Of a stretch of 64,000 nucleotides of DNA, positions 26,620 to 36,524 are shown piece after piece. The position numbers and the translations under genes were made by a program. The stretch spans positions 62,001 through 126,000 of the forward strand of contig JAAILG010000045.1 in the NCBI GenBank assembly GCA_012026655.1. Direction: 5' to 3'. The DNA is from Hydrolagus affinis. Its lineage: Eukaryota. A model generated the notes under the pieces. The model saw only the letters and a program-made list of their open reading frames with translations, was not told the DNA's origin and did not search any database. Numbering within the stretch: position 1 is the first letter of the stretch; every line of letters begins with the position of its first letter.

Positions 26620-27000
26620 CGGTGGTCCCTACCAACCTGCCCACCCCCTCCATTTAGTGGGCTCCGGTCTGCTGATCGTCTCACTCCCAACACGCCCAAC
26701 CCACCCTACCATCGGTGGTCCGGCTTTCAGCCTCTCTGCCCCCAAACTAAAGAACTCCATCCCACAGTCCCTTCACCTCACTTCCTCCCTTGCCTTCTTC
26801 AAGGCTGATCTCAAGACACTCCTTTTCGATCGTGCCTTCAGCCGCCCTCCCACCTCTCTCCCTCCTTTCCCCCCTACCCTGCTCCTCTACCCTGGCCCTC
26901 CCCCATGTTCGCGTCCCGACCCCTTAATCTTCAGCACCCTGGGATGCCCTCCCGACATGAAAGGTGCTCTGTAAATGTAATTTTGTGGTTGTTGTTGTTT
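26620..27000 (+). mobile_element. L2 LINE 3' fragment in the last SLRP intron
   Basis: Translates PTIGGPAFSLSAPKLKNSIPQSLHLTSSLAFFKADLKTLLFDRAF; tail with (TTG)n. A further L2-type tail ending in (GATT)n lies at 27270-27385. Confidence 0.9.
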
Positions 27001-28174
27001 CACTCCCTAAAAAGGAACTAGTATTTGACTTGTCTTATTTGAAATACTTCAAATGTGTGCCGTCAAATTAAGATGGTTCAAGATGTAGAGTTAATAGATA
27101 CTAGATAAACTCTGAAAGTTCAAAAGGAATTGTCTAAACACATGTTAACAAGTATGAAAGCATAGTTCTAAAATGTTATTAGCTACATGAGTCTGCATAA
27201 TCACTGAATCCTACACTGAATGACATTTCGCCCATAAATATACAGTTGATTTTCCTACTCTTCGTCCTGCCCCAACCCCTCCCCCACTCTACTCTTGTCC
27301 CTACCTAACTGTAAAGCACTTTGGGACGTCCTTTCGATGTGAAAGGCGCTATATAAATGTAAGTTTTGATTGATTGATTGATTGATCTCGTCCAGTTACA
27401 TGTGTATATAATTTTTGGTTAGCTGGATCTCTAACAAATGTGAAAAACCATTGTCATGTTTAAGAGTCTCCAAACAAAACCGAGAGTTCCACATATACCT
27501 GGAAATTTTCCTTTCTCTGGAACACAATACATGCTCTTGCCCTGTAGAGATGAAGTGTGCTCATCTGATTTCGGAGAGTAATAGGCGCAGGTTGACAAGA
27601 GCCAAGTTGTGCGGATCCCAGTGTTTAACCATTTAAACAAATTTGCCTTTGTGAACAGTCTGGCCATCTTACCACTTTGTCATTGCAGTATTTTGTATCA
27701 TGTTAAATTGCTAGTCTCTGAGCACGGTTGTTTTTATTGAATTTCTCTCTCTACCCCTCTTCCTTCACATGCTCCTGATTCCAACTAAAACGTGGAGTTG
27801 ACTGGCATTTCCTCTCAAAAACAGAAAGAAAACCAAGAGTTATCCTCAGGCTGATTTTTGGTATTTACCAGCAGCAAATTCAGGAGGAAGAACTCCTGGC
27901 CTTGACTGAGTATGGTATAGAGAGGCCAGCGAGGGGAACGAGTGAAACTACTTGCCAAAGATATAATCCCAGTGTCAGGGAAAATAAATAAACATTACAG
28001 TAGTTCCTGTAAGAATAACAAATGTCTAGAACTATGTGTTGGCTGAAAATCAATCTCACAGTTTTGTTTACATTCACAAATATCTTGATCTATGCCCTCA
28101 TAATTTATGCCTTCAGTGAAAGTATTAAATTGAATTAAGGTTGGTTTTGATAGGTTGTAACCAGTGGACACAAG

Positions 28175-28420
28175 TATAAGATAGAATCTAGGGTGATCCA
28201 AAAGATAATTTAGGAGGAGGTACTTCATGCAGAGGAAAGTGAGACTGTAGAATTCATTGCTTAAAGCAATGGTTGAATCAACAAGGTTAGTTAAGGTCTG
28301 ACCAGCACTCTAAATAACTGGAGCAGCACCTCCTTACTTTTATATTCCAGACCCCTCATAATAAAGGTTGATGTCCCAATTGCATCTGCAAACTAGATTT
28401 TAAAGATCCTTTAACACTTC
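28175..28420. mobile_element. Degraded CR1 fragments
   Basis: aggaggaggtacttcatgcagagg..gtagaattcattgc resembles RRRYFTQRVVxxWNSLP on the plus strand. An antisense CR1-like piece lies at 28300-28420. Confidence 0.45.
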
Positions 28421-28464
28421 TATCTCTGTTTTCTCTGCACGATAAAGCTTGTCAAGTAGATTTT

Positions 28465-28682
28465 TTATAAAGTGGATTGACTGTATATTTGTGGGCAAAA
28501 AGTGGCAGCCAATTGCACGCAGCAATGTGTTACAAACAGTCGTGGATTGAAAGAACCGATTTACTATTGTTTTTTTGGGGGATTATTATCAGGCATGTGG
28601 AGTAAGGAAACTTGCCCAAGCTTTCGCCCTGCCTGGGCAGGTCTCTCGCTTGTAAGGCGGGTGTTCTAACCTCTGCGCTACA
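28465..28682 (-). mobile_element. Young Deu SINE, tail-less
   Basis: Deu box, ggagtaaggaaacttgcccaag, head ctcgcttgtaaggcgggtgttctaacc. Confidence 0.85.
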
Positions 28683-29799
28683 TACAACATTTCAAAGTTC
28701 AGCACACAATCGCAGCCTAAGGTTTAAAATGGGTTAACTGGTGAATCCTAGCTTGTGCGCTGTTGTTTACAAACAGAGCTTGATAGCTGTACTTTAATCG
28801 CACATTAGTTCCTGGGGCCACTGTCGAGAAACAGAGAAACTATTGTTGAAAAATCTCCCCACAGCTCGTAGAGAAATCGTGAAAGCGGAGATTGCCAAGA
28901 CGACCTGTGCCAGAAATAAATGATTGTGTGTGGCTGAAATAGGGGACTGACAGTCCCAGTAGTTTACTGAACAAGTTTTTGCCAAAGTGCGGCAGAACAA
29001 ATAATTCACAAAGACCACTTGTGAGTACAAGCTCCAACTCATGAATAGGTTATTTTTCAGTAAACCACCAAGCCTCGGTCAACCTACTGTATATCTGTTG
29101 GACATGTGCGCTTTAATAACTTCTCACTAGCATCTCTCACTTCAGGCAAGTTTCACAGCAGGAGGTGTGGAGAAAGACAATGTCTTGTTGGGACCTAGTC
29201 CTGTTATATTCACTGTATGAACCTCAGGCTATGTTTTGTTGATACAGGATATATTAAGCAATTTAGCCTTAAAAAAATCATAATATTACACTGCATGACA
29301 TGCAGACATCAAATTATCTTTTCCAGAAGCATTAATGTGATTTCTGTTTGAATCAGCTAAACGTTCAAGCACAATTTACCCGTCTTTATGTATTAGTATA
29401 TATCCTAAAATACTTCTTTTGTTGTTGATTTTCTCTCCTCCTCCATTCCCAAAAGGACTAATTATATTCAATGGTCCAATTCCATTAGCATTGGTGTCTA
29501 AACAAATGGCCTGAGCCAAGGTAGTGCGTGTTGGCAGATTATTTAACCATTGGATAGATTAACATCTTGGAGAGCATCACAAGTGTCATGGTCAAACTGT
29601 AGAGTGAGTGAGCGGGGAAGAAGAGAGTTGCTAGTAGGCACAGTTGTAGAGTTTGGTTTTCAGATGATTTTTGAAAACAAGAGTGGGAGAGATGGTGGGT
29701 TGAGGGAGTGAGTTCTAGCGGTGGGGTTGAAGGCTTGCTACTGATATATGGAGCAACAGGCTCGCACCAGAAGAAATAAACAGGAGAGTGAGGGTTGAG

Positions 29800-30720
29800 A
29801 TTACTTGGGTTGGGGGACACAGGGGCATAAATAGATTTGTAGGTGAGAGTGAGGATCCATGGAGATAGGAAGCCAGTGTAATCTGACGAGGATTCGGCAT
29901 TGTGAAGTTTTTTGCGTACAGTATAAGGATATAGGTGGAATCTTGGATTATTGGTGCTTGTGGATGGTGGATCTGGAGAGACCTGTGAGAAGGATATTTA
30001 AGCATCAGGTCTGGAGGTGACAAAGGCAAGAATCAGGATTTCAGCAGGGTTGGGTGTGAGATAGAGATGGAGCTGGTGATGTAGTGAAAATGTGAAAAGG
30101 TGGTCTTGGTCATAGACTGGATCTGAAGGAGGAAAGGTATTTGAGGATCTAAGCACAGTTGTGCACTGATTCAGTGAATCAGAGAAAAGTGTGGAAAGGC
30201 TTAGGAAGTTACAGCCAGAAACAAAGAGGAGTTGGCAGGAGCCAGTGAGAATGGCTTCTGTCTTGTCCCACTTTTAGCTGAAGAAAGTTCAGGCTCATTC
30301 AGGAGATGATGTTTCGCTGCAAGGAGGTCAGGACATCAGTAGACCTGAAACCAAAGGTAGAAGTAGATTTGTGTTATCTGTGTACGTGCGGAAAATAGCC
30401 CCATGTTTGCAGATGATCTCACCAAGAGGGAGCAGGTAGATGAAGACAAGCACGGGACTAAAGAGACCTGGGGTACACTATATATGCCCTGTGTGATACA
30501 AGAGGAAAAGCCATGAGAGGAAACAAAGTGCAAGACATGGGCCCAACAGGATTGGAACCAGGAAAGTAGAGGTACTTCCCATGGAAGTAGATGAGAGAGG
30601 CGATCAAGGAAGATAGAGCGATTGACTGTATCAAAGGCAGCAGAGATCAAGCTGAGGGAAGGTGGCATAAACATTCCTGGTCTCAAAGTCAGAACACATC
30701 ATTTGACATTTGGAACCAGT
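29800..30720 (-). mobile_element. Old L2 LINE fragment
   Basis: Translates LISAAFDTVNRSIFLDRLS..LSWFQS..HFVSSHGFSS (RT domain), heavily degraded. Confidence 0.75.
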
Positions 30721-30745
30721 AGTAATCTATCAAAGAAAACCGTAC

Positions 30746-31625
30746 CTTCCATAACAAGCACACTCCGGTGGGCAATAATAATCTTCGAAATAAGGAAACA
30801 CTGTTGCCTCGACTCTTCTATTGTTCTCTGGTCTTTGAATTTTCTTCTTTTTTTGACTCTTTTTTTGTGCCTGGATTGGTTTCACACTAGGTTGGGATTT
30901 CTTGAGTTTTGATTTCAGTTTAGAGGACAATTGTTTCCTAGGCTTCTTGCGTTTCTTTGGGACTTCTGTTCCTTTGCCCTGTTTGAGAGGTTTTGAGATA
31001 ACATTTGTTTTGGTCTTTCTTCCCGTGATCTTGAGGTTTTCATTGATAGTATCATTCTTCAGAGGCTTGGGGACTGAGAAAACCATCTTTTCTGGATTAA
31101 GAGCCAAATTCTTCTTCTTTTTCTTGAGTGGCTTGCTAGTTACTGTAGCATTGCTGATGTTCTGGGAGGAGATGGAAGCCAAGATGATTGTATTGTTCTC
31201 AGATGGCTGTTGTGTGGGTATTAGATTACTGCTCGCTGGAAGCTTCTCTGTCGCAATGCCTTCTAAATCAACAGAGGACTGAATGATGCGAATTGTCGCT
31301 GGCAAAGTAGGGGGTGGTTTCATGATAACACTTGTATTACTCGAAAACAGGGGAATTATAGTAGCTTTATTCTGACTTGAAGCATTGGGGCTTGCTATTG
31401 GAGGTGCGGAAACACTGATTGGGTCAACTGGTTCTGCTGTGGGATTGCCTGAAACAAGTCCTTTACCAACTACCTTCTCGTTTAGGGAAGTAGTAAAAGA
31501 ATGTGTAGGAACAGCTGTTACTTGAAGATTATCCACTTTGGCTTCTTGAGACTTGGTAACTGTTTCTGGGGTATTTAAAGATGTGGATATCAAATTAGTT
31601 GGCTCCATTGTTATTTTTTCTGTAC
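30746..31625 (-). CDS. SLRP (ECM2-like) gene, 880-bp exon: mucin-like S/T/P region, Lys-rich basic tract, start of N-terminal Cys cluster
   Basis: Lies within ORF 30730..31791. Acceptor tttcctctcctctttcag|GT ACA GAA; donor TAT GGA AG|gtacgg. Ends ...FPYFEDYYCPPECACYG; the phase-2 end joins the phase-2 acceptor at 26467 (AG|A = Arg), completing CPPECACYGRIVQC. Confidence 0.9.
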
Positions 31626-31724
31626 CTGAAAGAGGAGAGGAAAATGTAAATATAGGTGTGACACCATAGAAATAAAATAAAGCAGTATAATTTTCCCTAA
31701 TCTTTGAGTTAGACTCATAACATG

Positions 31725-31885
31725 TTCCTTGTAATGCTTCAGACTTGAGGGAGAAGGAAATTGTATGCGATTGGGATAGGGAGAAGGGCAAAGGATGGAT
31801 GGAGGCTTATGAGGTGTTTAAACACCAGCATTGATTAGTTGGGCCAAAAGCCTATTCCCTTGCTGTACAGTCTATGTAATTCTAA
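31725..31885 (+). mobile_element. CR1 3' fragment
   Basis: ggaggcttatgaggtgtttaaacaccagcattgattagttgggccaaaagcctattcccttgctgtacagtctatgtaattcta. Confidence 0.65.
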
Positions 31886-32865
31886 ATTATTTTTCAAATT
31901 TCAAAGTTTGCTAATATGATAGTAAAATCACTTGGACTTCAGGCTTGCAGAAATTCTCTAAAATTATACCAATAGCAAATGTGCAATCAAATGCTGTATT
32001 ATTGATCTTGCTATTTCATTAAAAGTGGTTTTAATCGCTTATTTTGTAGTGAATATTGGTAGATCCGGGTAAAGCTGGTTCTGATGTACAAATAAAAAAT
32101 TAACACAGGTATATAGGTATGTGTAGAACTAGCAAAGGGTGGTGTGAATGGTAACACAGATTAAAACTGCTACTTATCTCTGTCTCTCTTATGCACCCTC
32201 AATTGCTAATTTTGTCAAGAATCTACCTTCATCTTGAAGCTGACCACACAGTCCATTGACATATTCAGGGAATGACAACGATTGCGTTCACTGAACTTGG
32301 AGAGTGAAGACAAAATACAATATAACTGTGTGTTTGTATTGTATTATAAAATGCATTTTGAGGTGGTTGACTTGTTTAATTGATCTGCTACTGCAGTTTC
32401 TTTGTCCATGATCCATTCACATTTGTCCTCATGACTCCTGTTTGAGATATTCATTACAAGGCAACATATAGTGTTCTTAAACTAAACACCCTGCATTTCC
32501 TATTTATTGTAACAAAATTATTTAATCGTAACACATTATTGACTAACCAGAAAGTGTGCCTAAAGGGGTCCTTAAAAAACATTTACAGGTTTGGGATGAA
32601 ACATAAGTATTTCATGCTTTTCAATCTGAAAACACTTACAATTGACTCTAAAGGTTGGCACTGCCAGCGGTATATGCCTCCCGTCGTTGATTCCATCACT
32701 CCACAGGAGTTGCTGTTCTTTTCCACTATTAAAATGATGGCAAATACTTTCCTGTTTGCTTAACTAAAATGGCCAGCTATTAATTATACTGTAGTTTGTT
32801 TTGGCCTTAGCAATAAAGGGATATCCATGTTGGAAACATAAGTTGGTAAACAAGTATTCCAAGGC

Positions 32866-33150
32866 TTGGTCATTTCAATCCATGACTGTTTGTGGGACAC
32901 TGCTGTGCGCAATTGGCTGCCACGTTTCAAACACAAATATACAGTACAATCAAATCACTTTAAAGTATATTCTGTGAACTGCTTTGAGATGTCTAGAACA
33001 TGTGAAAAGTTCTATATTAAATACAAGGATTATTCGTATTTTTTTTGTGAAAGACCAGTGGAGTGGGACTAGTTGGATAGCTCTTTCAAAAAGTCAGCAG
33101 AGCCACAATGGGATGAAGACCTTTCTCTGCTGTAAGTTTCTATGATTTTC
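32866..33150 (+). mobile_element. 5'-truncated Deu SINE (32866-33035) followed by a CR1 3' end (33055-33150)
   Basis: Deu box and tail, then ggagtgggactagttggatagctctttcaaaaagtcagcagagccacaatggg..ctgctgtaagtttctatgatt. Confidence 0.8.
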
Positions 33151-33645
33151 TGGACAGGTGATGGAGAGTTATATTCAAACATCTTTCTCTTTCAAGCACA
33201 AATCAGTCTTCTGTACATTTTCGGTTATTTGAGAAATCCAGTTTTCAAAATGACAATAGAATTTTTTCGTTCAGAAGGAGAGCAAAGTTCTCTCTCATTT
33301 GCTCAAACAATCCGTGTTGAAACACAGAGAGCACTCCTAATAAATCAAGTGTTTTTAATCCTCTGAGCTGACCCCCCACTTCAGCCACAATAATACTTCT
33401 CTGGATTTGATTGCCAATCTATTAACAACTTGTAAGTATTAATCTGCTGAAAGTCAGTGACTACTTAAAGATCATTAAGCTGATCCAAACGTGTTTCACA
33501 TTAGACCCTTCCAACTGATAGAGAGGTGAAAGTCATCTATCATTTTAGACTTGGTTTGAGGTGAAACAATTCCCATCCTTAAAGTCCTTTAGTTCCATCT
33601 TTAAAGTAACTGAATGTTTCAGCATGCTTAAGTCCTGGGAGCAAC

Positions 33646-33965
33646 AATAATAATAATCCTTGAATTTGATATTGCGTTTTTCACATCTTCCAGATGTCTC
33701 AAATCGCTTCACAGAATATACTGTCAAGTGAATTGACAGTATGTTCCTGGGTGAAACGCAGCAGCCAATTGCGCACAGCAATATCCCACAAACAGTCGTG
33801 GATTGAAATGACCAATTTTTATGATAGTGTTTTTTTTTGGCGGGGTTATTATTAGGTGTGTGGAGTACGGAAACTTGCCCAAGGTTTCGCCCTGATGTGC
33901 CTGGATTCGAACACAGGTCTCACGCTTGTAAGGTAAGTGCTCTAACGACTGAGCTACAGGACTCC
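33646..33965 (-). mobile_element. Young Deu SINE, full length
   Basis: Head GGAGTCCTGTAGCTCAGTCGTTAGAGCACTTACCTTACAAGCGTGAGACCTGTGTTCGAATCC, Deu box, tail. Confidence 0.9.
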
Positions 33966-34998
33966 AGTGACTAACAGAGGAATACATAGAAATGCAACAC
34001 ATAGAAATGGAAAAAATGGTCAAAAGAAAACCCAGAAATCAATTTGCAAGTAGCATGGAGAGTGATGGGAAAACAATCAACAGTGAAAATTAGATAGGAC
34101 ATTGGGAATGGGTTGTTTTAATATTGTACGGTGATTTATATATTTTCCTCAAACATAATGTGTAGGAAAATGAAAAACTATTTGCAGGTAAACTATCACA
34201 TATATTAAAAAGGAAGGATAGAGCTTATTCTGAGAGCATACGATTTTCTATATATTCTTTCAATTAGTCCATGTTTCCTTAAAGTACAAAAATAGCACTT
34301 GAATTGCAGTTAATAACTTGACACAAGCTATTTAATGGTAGAAGGATTTAGCTGTGTGTGGCAGCATAATTAATGACAAGAATATTTCACATTTGAGGCT
34401 AGCTATCTGTACATAGAAAGACAGATACTTCCTAATGTATTGAATAACTGTTGGTCATTTAAATCCAGCCAACTCAATCAGACCTTATCCCAGTGAGCTG
34501 TTAAACTCAATCTTAACCAAACTAGAAATGAGCTTTACTATTTTCAGGGCTAGAAGTGCTTTAAAATTATAATTAGCTCATTGAGTTGTGTTAAATTTTC
34601 TATTTATTACTGAGTTAGAAGGGGTGAAACCCTGTATGATTCATGTTTGGCCCGTTGTTACTGTGAATTTCCATGCTTCTTAGCTAAATTAATTCAAGCA
34701 TATTTACCCTAGACTCTAAGGCATAGAGACTGTTGAATGGATTAGATTGGACTGTAACTCCAAATAATAGATGTGTGATGATCAAAATAGTCATTTCACA
34801 AGTAAGAGCAGCAAACTATTCCCAGATTGTAGCATTATAACGATCACTCTTTTTCTTATGTAGACTATCTTTGTTTAAATTGTTCATCGATGGGCTCATC
34901 CGGAATGGGAAATTACAGAAGGGAGCAGTGATGCACTTCTATGTCTGATGTAATGTTTTGAAGCCTATGTCTGCTGAACTGTGTTTGTTTAATTGATT

Positions 34999-35495
34999 AA
35001 AAAAAAACACAAAATGCTACAGTTGCTGGAAATCTGAAACAAAAACAGAAGTTGCTGGGGAAACTCAGCAGGTCAAGCAGCATCCATGGAGAAAGGAAAA
35101 AGAGTCAACGTTTCGGGTCTAAAACCCTTCGTCAGAACTGGGGCTTGTTTGGAGGGAGAGGTTTCTTAAGGATGTTAAAGTGGGAGAGGCAGGACATGGA
35201 AGACAAAGGAAACAAAGAAGACAAAGGAAAAGGGAAAAAGAGTGTGTTAACTGATGGGTTGAATATGTATGAACAACTTCAGGGGAGAAACAGAAGGGGG
35301 TGGGTTTAAACGAAACTTTGTCTTCTTTGTGTTCCATGTCCTCCTCTCCCTCTTTAACGTCCTTAAGAAACCTCTCCCTCCAAACAAGCCCCAGTTCTGA
35401 CGAAGGGTTGTAGACCCAAAACGTTGACTCTTTTTCCTTTCTCCAAGGATGCTGCCTGACCTGCTGAGTTTCCCCAGCAACTTCTGTTTTTGTTT
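34999..35495. mobile_element. Penelope-like element remnant: inverted pseudo-LTR pair with hammerhead motifs and a 17-bp flanking direct repeat
   Basis: Arms 35037-35207 and 35316-35495 are near-identical reverse complements. The sequence ctgacgaagggt..acccgaaacgttgactc..gatgctgcctgacctgctgagtttccccagc is typical of chondrichthyan Penelope termini. Flanks are tgtttgtttaattgatt (34982-34998) and tgtttgtttgattgatt (35491-35507). Confidence 0.8.
35102..35139 (-). ncRNA. Minimal hammerhead ribozyme motif (Penelope type)
   Basis: Minus strand: agtt-CTGACGA-a-GGGT-tttag-ACCC-GAAA-CGT-T-gact. It has the CUGANGA and GAAA cores, a 4-bp stem II, a palindromic ACGT stem III and an agtt/gact stem I. Confidence 0.6.
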
Positions 35496-36089
35496 GTTTG
35501 ATTGATTGTCACTTTGTATTGCTATTATGGCAATTCAAATGATACATTTATACTTGGAAGAAAATGGTGTTTAGCATTAACAGATTGAATGCATAATATT
35601 TATGACTTAGAAGGAATGATAGAAAACAAACCCATGTTAACATTCAAAGTGTTAAATAATTATTAGAAATGAAACTCTTCAGTAGTAAAGTTCCTGTAGA
35701 TAATCACACAAACTTGAATAAACTGGTCAACAGCATTCAAGATCGTGATTTTAAATGAATGGTTTTTAGAACAGTGACATTGTTTGAAATGATCGTTAGT
35801 TTAGACTTAACGAAAGAAGTACAGTCTACAAAGCAATCTGCATCTTGTGACATTCTGCAATACTGATATTAAATTCATACAAGAAAATGGAGATGCTTAA
35901 GGGAGCATCTAAACTACACATTACATCAAGAAATTGTACTGGCTAATGAAAACAGCCTGAAGTGTTGGACTTCAAATTCTATCTATGCTTTCTGACATAT
36001 TTATATGCGCAATAAACACTAAATAAATGTACAACACAGGAACAAGTTGAGTATTAAATATCCACTGTCCAGTTCTAAATTCTACTCAC

Positions 36090-36162
36090 TAGTGTGTGGC
36101 AAGCTGGCTGAGGTATTCAGAAGCAAGGTACCCAAGATTATTGCCCAAGCGAAACTCTTCAT
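36090..36162 (-). CDS. SLRP (ECM2-like) gene, signal-peptide coding exon (exon spans 36167-36090)
   Basis: Minus strand reads gtcttgatttatag|GCCAAATG AAG AGT TTC GCT TGG ... CAC ACT A|gtgagt = MKSFAWAIILGTLLLNTSASLPHT. This is a typical signal peptide (basic n-region, hydrophobic core, T-S-A cleavage motif). The strong donor is phase 1 and matches the phase-1 acceptor at 31625 (A|GT = Ser). Too short for the ORF track. Confidence 0.85.
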
Positions 36163-36319
36163 TTGGCCTATAAATCAAGACACACAACAAATTACTTTAA
36201 ACATAACGGCACAGTTTGCGAGAACCACAACTATTCTATCTTTCTTATTGTTCGAACACATGCAGCAAAACAAAATGCTAAACAGTATCAACAATGAGAC
36301 GGTTTAATGGCAGGCCTAC

Positions 36320-36500
36320 CTTTCCAGTTCATTTTTCTTGTTTAGGTCTGAGTCTATGTCACTGAATTCATCTGAAATGCTTTGCCATGTATGAAGAGGG
36401 ATAATGATGTACTGGAGCAGGTTCCCTGTGCTGCACTGGAGTATACAGTATTTGATCTCAGTCCATAGCCCAACCACCACTGGTATATGCGGTCTGTCAA
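36320..36500 (-). other. Probable upstream exon (mostly 5' UTR) of the SLRP gene; 5' boundary uncertain
   Basis: Donor GGAAAG|gtaggc at 36320/36319 gives a 152-bp intron to the acceptor at 36168/36167. ATG at 36332 is in frame (MNWK G|Q MKSF...). An alternative donor CGCAAG|gtaaag lies near 36628. Confidence 0.5.
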
Positions 36501-36518
36501 TGACCCAAACACCTCTGG

Positions 36519-36524
36519 TATATA
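36519..36524 (-). promoter_or_regulatory. Candidate TATA-like element for the SLRP gene
   Basis: TATATA about 200 bp upstream of the 36320 donor, in a repeat-poor interval. Motif only. Confidence 0.25.

Noticed and set aside
25613-31282. Plus-strand ORFs 25613..26029, 26270..26614 and 30902..31282
   Set aside because: Antisense shadows of the SLRP exons.
31626-31791. N-terminal extension of ORF 30730..31791
   Set aside because: It lies upstream of a strong acceptor at 31625, begins at a non-ATG codon and overlaps a CR1 tail.
35052-35480. Two near-identical ORFs on opposite strands (MLGKLSRS...)
   Set aside because: By-product of the inverted Penelope-type repeat.
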